64,000 nucleotides of DNA from an uncultured delta proteobacterium (GTDB lineage: Bacteria; Desulfobacterota; Binatia; DP-6): contig CAWFFN010000009.1 of assembly GCA_963815115.1 (NCBI GenBank), positions 1,728,001 through 1,792,000 on the forward strand. Reading direction: 5' to 3'. A model generated the notes under the pieces. It was not told the origin of the DNA and did no database searches. It was given only the letters and a program-made list of their open reading frames with translations. The first letter of the stretch is position 1, and each line of letters starts with the position of its first letter. Below are positions 31,292 through 40,776 of this stretch, piece by piece. The position numbers and the translations under genes are program-made.

Positions 31292-32710
31292 ATGAACGCC
31301 ACGAGAACGCTCCCAGGGGCGGCGGGGGCCATCGGACATGCGAGCGTGGAACGCCGTCCGGTGGGCGTCTTCGCGGCCATGCTGGCCGTCGCCATAGCCG
31401 TCGCCGCGTCGTGGGGCTGGCAGGCGCAGGCATTCCACCGAGCGAGCCACTACCAGCGTTCCGTGGCCGGGCTGTACGCGCCGGTCAAGTTCCTGACCCT
31501 TCCCTTCCAGCAGGCCGTGCTCGCCGACGGGCACACCCTTCCGATCTACGGCAGCTCGGAGCTCTACTGCTGCGGCGACCCCTATCGCCCGACGCAGCTC
31601 TTCGCATCGCACCCGACGGGATTCGGCGTGTTCGCGCTCGGGCGGTACGGCATCGGCAACCTGCTCTTCGCCCAGACGTTCGGGGCACTCGGGCGCGTGC
31701 TCGAGCGCAAGAAGCTGGTGATCATCGACTCGCCTCCCTGGTTCTTCAACGCGGAGGATGTCGACCCGCGTGCCTACGCCCTCAACTTCTCGCCCGAGAT
31801 CGCCAAGACGTTCATCTTCGAGTCGACGATCTCCCTGCCCCTTCGCGGGGCCATCGCGAGGCGCATGCTCGACTTTCCCGAGACGCTCGCCGGCGAACCG
31901 GTGCTGGCCGCGGCCGCGCGCGCGCTCGCCGACCCGACGCCGCTCCACCTGGCGGCGTATCGCGCCCTCGTGCCGCTCGGCGGTCTGGAAGCCTGGATCG
32001 AACGGGTGCGTGGCGCCAGACGCATCCGGCATCTCCTCGGTCGCATGAACGTTCCGCCACCGGAGCGGGGTGTCCGGCCGAGGTGCTTCGACTGGCTCGC
32101 CCTGGTGGCGCGTGCGACGAAGATCGCTGATCGCCGCGATTCTACCAATCCCTTCGGCTTCCCGAACGAAACCTACGCGCGACTGCTCGAGAAGGGCGTC
32201 ATCACGGGCGGCATCGCGCTCTATCGGAGCGGCTCGACCAACCGCGAGGGCCAGAGCTATCCGCCGCCGACGGCGTGGCACGACAACGTGCTCCACTCGG
32301 CGCAGTGGTCGGATCTGGCGCTCGCCGTGGCGGTCCTGCGCGAGCTCGGAGCACGGCCGTTCGTCTGGACCACGCCGCTGCCCGGAGTCTACGACGACTA
32401 CACGCCGGTCTCCGTTGCCGCACGGCAGGCGTACTACGATCGCTGGGAGCGAGAGCTGCGGAAGCTCGGGGTACCCTGGCTCGACTTCCGATCCGCGGAC
32501 GAGGATGTCTTCTTCATGACCGATACCGCCGCGCACTTCAGCCCGCGCGGCTGGATCTTCGCGGACCGGGCGCTGGACCTGTTCTGGCATGGAAAGGCGG
32601 ACGGCGAGATCCGCGCCGCGCTCGACACGCTCGCCCGGCAGGTCCCGCCGCCCCCGACCGCGACCACCTGGGAGCGGCGCTCCCGCGCGCAGGACGTGGC
32701 GCCACGGTGA
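31292..32710 (+). CDS. dltD: DltD-like (SGNH-like) membrane-anchored acyltransferase
   Basis: N-terminal TM helix; LPIYGSSEL (catalytic Ser motif), KKLVIIDSPPWF and FFMTDTAHFSPRGW (D-x-x-H) match the conserved DltD blocks. Confidence 0.75.
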   Translation: MNATRTLPGAAGAIGHASVERRPVGVFAAMLAVAIAVAASWGWQAQAFHRASHYQRSVAGLYAPVKFLTLPFQQAVLADGHTLPIYGSSELYCCGDPYRPTQLFASHPTGFGVFALGRYGIGNLLFAQTFGALGRVLERKKLVIIDSPPWFFNAEDVDPRAYALNFSPEIAKTFIFESTISLPLRGAIARRMLDFPETLAGEPVLAAAARALADPTPLHLAAYRALVPLGGLEAWIERVRGARRIRHLLGRMNVPPPERGVRPRCFDWLALVARATKIADRRDSTNPFGFPNETYARLLEKGVITGGIALYRSGSTNREGQSYPPPTAWHDNVLHSAQWSDLALAVAVLRELGARPFVWTTPLPGVYDDYTPVSVAARQAYYDRWERELRKLGVPWLDFRSADEDVFFMTDTAAHFSPRGWIFADRALDLFWHGKADGEIRAALDTLARQVPPPPTATTWERRSRAQDVAPR

Positions 32711-32729
32711 TGGAGAACGTGCCGCCGGC

Positions 32730-34418
32730 TCATGACGGCGGGCAGGCGCTCACGGGTGTGGGCAGCGCACCGCCGGTGGTGCGCACCGCGCCGAACGTCG
32801 ACCCCTCGAGGCGGGTTCTGTCCGACGGCTGCGACGGGATCACCTGGGCGTAGCCGCCGACGTATCCGCAGAAGCCGTTGTTCGAGGTGGTCGCGCCGGT
32901 GAGGACGAATTCGTTGACGGTCAGCAACGGGTCGCCGAGGAGTCGGTAGGCGTCCAGCGGAACGGGCTGGCTGCCGAAATTGGCCGTGAACCTGCCGTCG
33001 GCGGACACGGCGACGTTCGTCGCGATCCACGGCTGACCCACGGGCGCCTTGCTGGTGTCATCGAGCGGCTGGAGGCTGAGGTCGAGGCCCGTACCGTGAA
33101 CCTGCACGTCGGCCCGGAAGGACAGGACCTGCGCCGGCCAGATCACCGGGGCGAGCGTCAGGAGGTGAGAGCCCGTGACGTCGAACGCCGTGGTGTCGGC
33201 GGGCAGCGGAGGCGGCGCGCAGCCGCGCTTCGGGAGGGGATGTACGCAGCCGGCGGGCGCGCGTTTGAAGTCGACGTCGGCCAGCCAGATGTCGCTCGGC
33301 GACGAGATGCCCTCGAACCACGGCAGCTCCTGATCGACCGGGCTGGTGTACCAGGCCAGCAGGGACCGATTCCGGGAGAGCGGCGCCAGCGAGGTGTAGG
33401 CGGTGTCGCCGGAGCTCTTCAGCTCCTGGATCTCGCAGACCTCGATCGGCGCGCTGGGGTCGGTCAGGTCGCCCCGCAGCTCGTAGATCGCGGTCCGCTT
33501 GAACGTGCATGGCAGGTGCTTGCGGGCAAAGACGAAGCTGCGCGTGCGTCCGTTGGCGCGGCGGACCACCCAGGTCGGGCCGTCCAGGCGCTGCTCGATG
33601 CGGCGGCCGCACTCCCAGGTGGTGAACGGGTCGTGCGATGTGCAGATCGCGGTCTGTCCGTCGGCCAGGATGTCCTGGTCGTCGAGGCGGACCAGCGCGA
33701 CCGCGGTGTCGTGGTTCCTGCCGAGGAACTGCAGCTCGGCCTCGCTCGGCACGTCGTTGTATGACGCGATGATCGTGGATCGCTTCTCCCAGGTGATGCC
33801 GTCGTCGGAGGCGAACAGGCCGACCGCGACGTCGAAGTCCTGATAGCCCGTGGCGAACAGCGTCCGCCGGTGCCTGCCGGCCTTGACGTACGGGCGCTCC
33901 GTGTACCGCCAGAAGCCCCAGTACGTCTCCATTCCGGTTGCGTCGACGTCCTGGTACGTCCTCACCGGCGGGGTCCACGTACGCCCGCCGTCGCTCGACT
34001 CGGCGCGGACCGTCCATGCCTGACCGCCCAGGTCGCGGTAGTGGAAGCCCGGCACGCGGCTGATCGCGTAGAGAAACAAGCGGCCGCCCACCTCGACCAG
34101 CTTGGGATCGCGGATGTCCCGGCCGCCGGGGAGGTCGTTGGCATTCACCTCGCCCAGGAGGGTGAACGTCCGCCCGCGGTCGCGCGACTCGAAGATGTTG
34201 ATGTGCGCGCGCGCCGATCCGATCTGGCCCTGCTCACCGCCCCGAAATGCGAGCAGGATGCGACCGTGGAGACGGATCATCGCCGTGTTCTCGTTGTGCA
34301 ACCCGTCCGCATAGACGATGCGCTGATCGGTGGCGAAGCTGGCAGGAGCGGCGTCGGAACCGCGTCCGCCTCCGATCAGGGCGACTACGAGCGCGACGAT
34401 CGACGACCTCATTCGCAT
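32730..34418 (-). CDS. Secreted BNR/Asp-box (sialidase-like) beta-propeller protein
   Basis: Signal peptide; Asp-boxes SRDRGRTF, SSDGGRTW and SDDGITW; RDIRDPKL. Confidence 0.7.
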   Translation of the reverse strand: MRMRSSIVALVVALIGGGRGSDAAPASFATDQRIVYADGLHNENTAMIRLHGRILLAFRGGEQGQIGSARAHINIFESRDRGRTFTLLGEVNANDLPGGRDIRDPKLVEVGGRLFLYAISRVPGFHYRDLGGQAWTVRAESSDGGRTWTPPVRTYQDVDATGMETYWGFWRYTERPYVKAGRHRRTLFATGYQDFDVAVGLFASDDGITWEKRSTIIASYNDVPSEAELQFLGRNHDTAVALVRLDDQDILADGQTAICTSHDPFTTWECGRRIEQRLDGPTWVVRRANGRTRSFVFARKHLPCTFKRTAIYELRGDLTDPSAPIEVCEIQELKSSGDTAYTSLAPLSRNRSLLAWYTSPVDQELPWFEGISSPSDIWLADVDFKRAPAGCVHPLPKRGCAPPPLPADTTAFDVTGSHLLTLAPVIWPAQVLSFRADVQVHGTGLDLSLQPLDDTSKAPVGQPWIATNVAVSADGRFTANFGSQPVPLDAYRLLGDPLLTVNEFVLTGATTSNNGFCGYVGGYAQVIPSQPSDRTRLEGSTFGAVRTTGGALPTPVSACPPS

Positions 34419-34547
34419 CTGACCTAGGAAGCACAACGCGGGGATTCGGGCCAGAACCCGGCGCAGCCTCGGCGTGGGGCCGGGGGCGTGGCGGCCCGTG
34501 ACGCGGGCGCTCCCGCGGCGACGCTCGACCGGCGACCGGTCGGCGAC

Positions 34548-35903
34548 CTACGCGGCGGCCAGGATCTCCCCGGCGGCACGTTCGCCGGAGCGGACGGCTC
34601 CGTCGATCGCGCCGTACGAGATCGTCGCGGTCTCGGTGCCGGCCCAGTGCACTTGGCCGAACGGTCGGCGCAGCAGCGATCCGTACCTCGTCAGGATCCC
34701 CGGCGACCAGTGCGCCATCGAGCAGCCGCGCGTCCAGGGCTCTTTCCACCACGGCGTCTCGATGAACGCCGACGGCGAGCCCGCGCGCGGGCCGAAGCGT
34801 TCGACCATCGCAGCGATGACCTGGCGGCGACGCTCGCCGGCGTCGAGCGCATCGACGCGTTCGGCAATCGGCCCGAAGGTGAAGGAAGCCATCACCCCCG
34901 GCTTGCCAGCGGCGGGTGAGGCGTCGAGCGTCACTTCCGACGCAGACTGCGGACCGGCGGACTGGCCGCTGAAGCCGGCGATGCGCCAGAACGGCTCGTC
35001 GTAGACGAGCAGCGTCTTGGTCTCCGGACCCGCCGTCGAGTGCCGATACAACGCCACGCGGTCCTCGGGCAGAACGGGATCGAAGGCGATCTCCAGCGCC
35101 AGTGCGGGTGGAACGGCGACCACGGCGTGCCGAGCGGACACGGTGATGTCGGCGCTCTCGACGACGACGCGATCCGCACGCTGCAGGATGGCGCGCACGG
35201 GTGTGTCCAGGCGTACGGCATCGCCGAGCTCGTCGGCCACGCGCCGCGCGATCGACCCGGCGCCGCCGACGACCAGGTTCTCCTGGTAGCCACCCTTGAT
35301 CGACACCAGCGGGTTGAAGCCGCCCGATGCCTGGATCAGGAACAGCAGGTTGAGGAAGGACACCTGGTTCAGGTCGCCGCAGAACAGCCCGCGCACGACC
35401 GAGTCGAACAGGTCGCGTGCGATCGCGGTGCGGATCCCCGAGCGCTCGAGAAACCAGGCCACGGAGCGCGCGTCCCACTCCCCGGCGCGCGCGGCCGTCC
35501 ACGGCGCCTCCACCGGCAGGCGCTTCGCCATGCGATCGAGCTTGGCCTGCGCGAGGACGATCGTCAGGATCGCCGACAGGCCGATCTTGGGGATCAGACC
35601 GCGGTATCGCCGTATCCTGCCCCCGCCGACGAGCAGATGATGGCCGTCGTCGTACGTCTTGTACGTCGACACGCCCACCTCGCTCGCCAGCTTGCGGACC
35701 GCGTCGTGCCGGTTCGCGAGCCACCCACCGCCGCGATCGACCGGCGAACCGTCCGGCAGGTGGAAGGTCCAGATGCGGCCGCCGATACGGTCGCGCGCTT
35801 CGAGGACGACGACCGACTTGCCCGCCTGCGTCAGTCGCCGCGCGGCGGTGAGCCCGGCGTAGCCGGCGCCGACGACACAGACGTCCACGTCCATCCGCTC
35901 CAT
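34548..35903 (-). CDS. Flavin monoamine oxidase family protein
   Basis: VVGAGYAGLTAA, LEARDRIGGR, HWAGTETA...GAIDGAVRSGERAA. Confidence 0.92.
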   Translation of the reverse strand: MERMDVDVCVVGAGYAGLTAARRLTQAGKSVVVLEARDRIGGRIWTFHLPDGSPVDRGGGWLANRHDAVRKLASEVGVSTYKTYDDGHHLLVGGGRIRRYRGLIPKIGLSAILTIVLAQAKLDRMAKRLPVEAPWTAARAGEWDARSVAWFLERSGIRTAIARDLFDSVVRGLFCGDLNQVSFLNLLFLIQASGGFNPLVSIKGGYQENLVVGGAGSIARRVADELGDAVRLDTPVRAILQRADRVVVESADITVSARHAVVAVPPALALEIAFDPVLPEDRVALYRHSTAGPETKTLLVYDEPFWRIAGFSGQSAGPQSASEVTLDASPAAGKPGVMASFTFGPIAERVDALDAGERRRQVIAAMVERFGPRAGSPSAFIETPWWKEPWTRGCSMAHWSPGILTRYGSLLRRPFGQVHWAGTETATISYGAIDGAVRSGERAAGEILAAA

Positions 35904-36598
35904 CAGGCTTCGCCGACGGCTTCGTGGATGGCGCGGCAGTGGCGCACCAGGTGGTCGTGCGCCACGACGAAGCGCTTCAGCGGCGTGTCGATGTCGTAGA
36001 AGAAGATGTTCGCGACGAACCCGTAGATCCCGGCGTCGATGCTCGTCGGCCGCTCACCGTGGACGTAGCCCGTCGTCGGAACCAGCCGCGCGAGCACGCC
36101 CAGGTCCGCGAGGCCGCGCGCCATCGCGTCGTCCGGCTGGTAACGGCCGATGCCCTGGAAGTGGTAGCGTTGCGCGTTGTACTCGCGCGCGCGCAGGAGG
36201 GTCGCCTCCGTCAGTCCGGGATGCTCGCGCAACATCGCGTCCCGAAAGGCGGGCCAGTAGCGGTCGTCCTTCCAGCGCGAGTACGACATGACCCAGTAGA
36301 GGTCGTCGAGCAGGCGCGTGATCAGCAGGTTCCGATCGCGCTGCGCCTGGTCGAGATCGGCGTCGATCGTCAGGCGATGCTTGCGGACGAGATGGGCGAG
36401 GATGGTATCGCTGTCGCCGACGATCTCGCCGTCGTCGACGACGTAGGGGAGCTGGCCGCGCGGGGCATGCGAGGTGTCGACGACGTGCTCGTGACGGAAG
36501 GGGACGCCGGTGAGCCGGAGGAAGGCGTAGACCTTGAGGCCGTAGCCATTGTTGTCGGCGACGCCGAAGAGCCTGGGGTACGAGTAGAGCGTCAGCAT
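35903..36598 (-). CDS. Glutathione S-transferase-like protein (metaxin/FAX-like)
   Basis: LKVYAFLRL, APRGQLPYVVDDGEIVGDS, YWVMSYSRW, QGIGR. Confidence 0.8.
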   Translation of the reverse strand: MLTLYSYPRLFGVADNNGYGLKVYAFLRLTGVPFRHEHVVDTSHAPRGQLPYVVDDGEIVGDSDTILAHLVRKHRLTIDADLDQAQRDRNLLITRLLDDLYWVMSYSRWKDDRYWPAFRDAMLREHPGLTEATLLRAREYNAQRYHFQGIGRYQPDDAMARGLADLGVLARLVPTTGYVHGERPTSIDAGIYGFVANIFFYDIDTPLKRFVVAHDHLVRHCRAIHEAVGEA

Positions 36599-36936
36599 CG
36601 GCGGCTACGCTGCGGAAGACCCATACGCCGCCTGCGCGCGGAAGGGAAAGAGGGCCTCCGCGAACGACGCGCCCTTCGCGGACAACGGCGTCATGATCGT
36701 GCGACGCCTTGGCCTTGCCCTGCGCCTCAGCCGCCGGCTTCCCTGCCGACCGTGAAGGGATCACCAATCAGCCAGCACCAGGTCCCATCTGCCTGACGGC
36801 GCGCAAAGCGTCGCAATGGAGCACTCCGACGACTTGTGACTCGCGAGGATCCCAGCACTGGCGCAGCGCTGGCCCTCGGGCCTGGCCAATCGGCACCCTT
36901 CGCAACGGCGGCAATTCGGCGACCGCGGCCCGTCCG

Positions 36937-38928
36937 TCACGGCGCGCCGTAGAGCGCGAACGGATGCGTCGCGGGCAGACCGCGCGCCGTCGCGTCGGTC
37001 ACCGGACTCACCGCGCGGGTCTCGTCGAACCAGATGTACTCGTCGAACTGGTGCGGCAGCGAGGCGTGAAAGTAGTGGCTCTGGAGCTCGGTATCCGGCC
37101 GGTAGATCACCCCGATGGCACGCTCGAGCCGCGGCGGCTCCAGCTCCGCGCGCACCTCGGGACGGCGGGGATCGCGCAGATGCACCATGCCCGCCGCGAG
37201 GCCCGACTCGTGAAACACGCGCTCGTAGCTCTCCGCGTGCGCGGCGCGCACGTCCATCACGTGCATCGGCCCGTCCCACTCGTGCGCCGCGGCCACCGTA
37301 CCGTGGTCGGTCCCGCAGCCGACGAGGAACGCCGCCGGGCCGAAGGCCTGCCTGGCGAGATGGCCGACGTTGATCTCGCCGCGCACGCCCATCTCGGTGG
37401 CCGCCGCGTCGCCGAGGTGCGAGTTGTGCTCCCAGATCACGATCTTCGAGCCCGTCCCGTGGAACGTCAGCAGGGCCTGCACCGTGTCGAACATGTGGCC
37501 GTCGCGCAGGTTCCACGACTCCGCACCTCCGTAGTACATCACGCGGTAGTATCGCTCGGCGCTGGCGACGACGGCCGCGTTGCGGACCGCGTCGAGGAAG
37601 GAGGCCCCGTCGCGCTCCGTGTACTCCAGCTCCTTCGCGAGCAGGTCGCGCAGCATCGCCACCACCTCGCGCTCGCAGATGCGATACCGTCCCGTCACGG
37701 CGGCGCGCCCGTAGGTCGCCGGATCGCCCTCCCAGGGCGTCAGGCTACCGTAGCGCTGGCGCGCCACCTGGGCGGTCGCTGGGTCGATCCGGTCCAGGTA
37801 CTCGAGCACCATCCGGATCGAGGTGTACATGCTGTAGAGATCGAGGCCGTAGAAGCTCACGCCGGCGTCGGCGTCGCGCATCGCGTTCCACTCGCGCAGC
37901 CACTCGGCGAACTCGAGCGTCTCGTGGTTGCGCCACATCCAGGTGGGGAATCGCGCGAAGGCGCGCCACGGCCGTCCCGCCAGGGGCCGGAGCCCGTGCA
38001 CGTAGCGGTTGACGCGTGCCGCGTCGGGCCAGTCGCCCTCGATGGCGACGATCCCGAACCCGCGTGAGCGAATGAGCTCCCGGGTGATGCGGGCCCGCAT
38101 GGCGTAGAACTCGGAGGTGCCATGCGTCGCCTCGCCGATGAGCACCAGGCGCGCGTCTCCGATGCGCTCGAGGAGGGAGCCGAGATCGCCGCGCGCGATG
38201 TCGTCGATCGGCTCGGCCACCTCGCGCATCAGCCGCGCGATGGTGGCGGGACGGGAGGGATGCCGCGGGGCCCTTGCCGCCTCCGGAGCCCAGCCCTCCT
38301 CGCCGATGAGCGGCACGAAGCGGACGCCGCCCAGGTCCTCGTGCTCGAGGCTCCCGTCGGCGCGGCGGGTGACGCGGACAAGCTGCTGCGCCTTCTCCTC
38401 GCCGATGGGAATGACGAGCCGCCCGCCCGGAGCGAGCTGCGCCAGCAGCGACCCGGGGACATTCGGTCCACCGGCGGCGACCACGATGGCATCGAAGGGC
38501 GCATGCTCCGGCCACCCGAGGGTCCCGTCACCGTGCCGGACGAACACGTTGTGAAAACCGAGCTCCGCGAGGCGCGTCCGCGCACTCTCCGCCAGCTCCG
38601 CGTGGCGCTCGATCGTGTAGACCTCGCGCGCAACGCGGGCCAGTACCGCCGCCGCATAGCCGGAGCCCGTGCCGATCTCGAGCACGCGGTCGCGGGGACC
38701 CAGCTGGAGGGCCTCCGCCATCAGGGCGACGATGAACGGCTGGGAGATCGTCTGTCCCTGCTCGATGGGCAGGGGAGCATCCCGATAGGCGAATTCCTCC
38801 AGCTCCGGGCGGAGAAACCGCTCGCGAGGCACCGATCGCATGGCAGCCAGTACCCGGGGGTCGCGGACGCCCCGTCCAGCAATCTCTCGCTCGACCATGC
38901 GGTCGCGCTGGGTTGCGAAGTCGGGCAC
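36937..38928 (-). CDS. pcm: Protein-L-isoaspartate O-methyltransferase fused to an erythromycin-esterase-family domain
   Basis: GQTISQP, VLEIGTGSGY and APFDAIVVAA (Pcm), then LIGEATHGTSEFY, IEGDWPDA, WNLRD and WEHNSHLGD (Ere family). Confidence 0.9.
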   Translation of the reverse strand: MPDFATQRDRMVEREIAGRGVRDPRVLAAMRSVPRERFLRPELEEFAYRDAPLPIEQGQTISQPFIVALMAEALQLGPRDRVLEIGTGSGYAAAVLARVAREVYTIERHAELAESARTRLAELGFHNVFVRHGDGTLGWPEHAPFDAIVVAAGGPNVPGSLLAQLAPGGRLVIPIGEEKAQQLVRVTRRADGSLEHEDLGGVRFVPLIGEEGWAPEAARAPRHPSRPATIARLMREVAEPIDDIARGDLGSLLERIGDARLVLIGEATHGTSEFYAMRARITRELIRSRGFGIVAIEGDWPDAARVNRYVHGLRPLAGRPWRAFARFPTWMWRNHETLEFAEWLREWNAMRDADAGVSFYGLDLYSMYTSIRMVLEYLDRIDPATAQVARQRYGSLTPWEGDPATYGRAAVTGRYRICEREVVAMLRDLLAKELEYTERDGASFLDAVRNAAVVASAERYYRVMYYGGAESWNLRDGHMFDTVQALLTFHGTGSKIVIWEHNSHLGDAAATEMGVRGEINVGHLARQAFGPAAFLVGCGTDHGTVAAAHEWDGPMHVMDVRAAHAESYERVFHESGLAAGMVHLRDPRRPEVRAELEPPRLERAIGVIYRPDTELQSHYFHASLPHQFDEYIWFDETRAVSPVTDATARGLPATHPFALYGAP

Positions 38929-38939
38929 GACCGTACGCT

Positions 38940-38955
38940 AGCAGTGGGCGTGCCA
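38940..38955 (-). promoter_or_regulatory. Putative sigma54 promoter of the pcm-ere fusion gene
   Basis: The minus strand reads TGGCACGCCCACTGCT, a perfect -24 box with GG-N10-GC spacing. Confidence 0.6.
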
Positions 38956-39218
38956 TGACCCGTGCCCGACCCTGACAACGTGGGTTCCCGCCGCTGGGAG
39001 CCGACCGCGCGTCGTTTTCCCATCGCTGCGAGCGGTCTGCGCACCCCTCGACGGTTCCCGCTGCGGCGCTGAGCGTGCCCACGCCAGCGGTGCCGAAGAA
39101 GCGCGCCGCGAACGGCTGATCCGTTGCGCCGCCGACGGGCGCAGAGGCGTCTTGCCGGCGACGTACGCGTTGGGGTACCTCGGCCGGGCGATTGCTGGGA
39201 AGGGAGGGCCTTCGTGTG

Positions 39219-39680
39219 ATGTCGAATCGGGCGAGAGGAGGCGTCACGGCCGTCGCGCTTGCCGTACTGCTCTCTGGGACGCTTTCCGGGTGGGCACAGC
39301 CGTCGGGGGGAGCCCGAGGATGCTGCTGCCTGATGCAGGGTGTCACCTTCGTCTGCGGCGAGAAGACCCAGACCGAGTGTCTGGCGATCCTGCCGGCGGC
39401 GCCCACCTTCGCCAAGATCGCCGACTGGAAGAAGGCCGTGGCGGCGTCGAAGGCGCAGGAGGGTCAGCCGATGAAGGGCGGCTGGATCGGCGAGTCGTGC
39501 GCGAAGGGGGAGGCACGACCGGGGTGCTGCTGTTTCCCGAAGCTGCACCCGACCGGAGACGACCGCTTCGACTGCAAGGCGAGCATGACCGAGTTCGATT
39601 GTCGGGCCGAGTGCTCGATGTTCAAGGACGGGCGTGAGCCGTCGGGATGTACCTGGGCGGTGGGGACCTGCCAGCACTGA
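39219..39680 (+). CDS. Small secreted Cys-rich protein with two GCCC repeats
   Basis: Signal peptide; two modules GCCC...C...T..[ED]C...W..[GE].C. Confidence 0.65.
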   Translation: MSNRARGGVTAVALAVLLSGTLSGWAQPSGGARGCCCLMQGVTFVCGEKTQTECLAILPAAPTFAKIADWKKAVAASKAQEGQPMKGGWIGESCAKGEARPGCCCFPKLHPTGDDRFDCKASMTEFDCRAECSMFKDGREPSGCTWAVGTCQH

Positions 39681-39689
39681 GCCGTCCGC

Positions 39690-40775
39690 ATGGAGTTCGG
39701 TCTCTTCTTCGAGCTGTCGGTCCCGCGTCCGTTTGCCGACGGCGTCGAGCGTGCCGTCTACGACAACGCCCTGGAGCAGGTGCGCCTCGCCGACGCGCTC
39801 GGCTTCGACGCCGTGTGGGCGGTCGAGCATCACTTCCTCGAGGAGTACTCGCACTGCTCGGCGCCCGAGGTGTTCCTCACCGCCTGCGCCGTCCAGACGC
39901 AGCGCATCCGCGTCGGGCACGGTGCCGTCGTCTGCGTACCGGAGATGAACCATCCGGTGCGGGTCGCCGAGCGTGCGGCCGCGCTCGACATCATCTCCGG
40001 AGGCCGTCTCGAGGTCGGCACGGCGCGCTCGTCGACCTGGACGGAGCTTGGCGGCTTCAACTCCGACCCCGACACGACGAAGAAGACATGGGACGAGTAC
40101 GTGCGCGTGCTGCCGAAGATGTGGACGCAGGAGCGCTTCGCCTGGGACGGCGTCTCGTTCTCCATGCCCGAACGCGCGGTGCTGCCGAAGCCCATTCAGA
40201 AGCCGCATCCGCCGCTCTGGGTGACGGTGACGAGCCCCGGCACGGAGCTCGATGCCGCCGAGCGCGGCATCGGGTCGCTCGGCGTCGCCGCGGCGAGCTT
40301 CGCCGAGCAGGAACGCCGCACGCGCGAGTACCACCGCCGGATTCGCCAGTGTGACCCTGTGTCGAGCGTGGTCAACGACAAGGTCGCGACGCTGAACTTC
40401 CTCTACTGCCACGAGGATGCCCGGCAGGCCGCCGCGACCGGCATGCGCATGCTCGGGGTCTTCTCGTTCTTCAACGCGAACCTCCTCCCGACCCGCGAGG
40501 CGTACCCGACGCGGGCCTACCAGTCGCTCGGCGCGCTCGCCCCGACGCCGGGCGCCGAGGCCGGCGGCCCTGGCGATCCGCGCGGCATCCCCGACGGCAT
40601 CGCGATCGGGGACCCGGCCCGCATCGTCAAGGCCATCAAGCGCTGGGAGTCGATCGGAGTCGACGCGCTCAACTTCATCGTGAACACCGTCGAGACGATC
40701 CCGCAGGCGGACGTGCTCGCGAGCCTCCGTTTGTTCGCGACCGAGGTCATGCCACATTTCCGGAACGGCCGCTGA
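39690..40775 (+). CDS. LLM class flavin-dependent oxidoreductase
   Basis: MEFGLFFE, WAVEHHFLEEYSHCSAPE, HPVRVAERAAALD, PKPIQKPHPPLW. Confidence 0.92.
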   Translation: MEFGLFFELSVPRPFADGVERAVYDNALEQVRLADALGFDAVWAVEHHFLEEYSHCSAPEVFLTACAVQTQRIRVGHGAVVCVPEMNHPVRVAERAAALDIISGGRLEVGTARSSTWTELGGFNSDPDTTKKTWDEYVRVLPKMWTQERFAWDGVSFSMPERAVLPKPIQKPHPPLWVTVTSPGTELDAAERGIGSLGVAAASFAEQERRTREYHRRIRQCDPVSSVVNDKVATLNFLYCHEDARQAAATGMRMLGVFSFFNANLLPTREAYPTRAYQSLGALAPTPGAEAGGPGDPRGIPDGIAIGDPARIVKAIKRWESIGVDALNFIVNTVETIPQADVLASLRLFATEVMPHFRNGR

Positions 40776-40776
40776 C

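Noticed and set aside
36937-38250. Macrolide resistance gene
   Set aside because: Ere-family domains fused to Pcm are widespread, and nothing in the sequence shows erythromycin activity.
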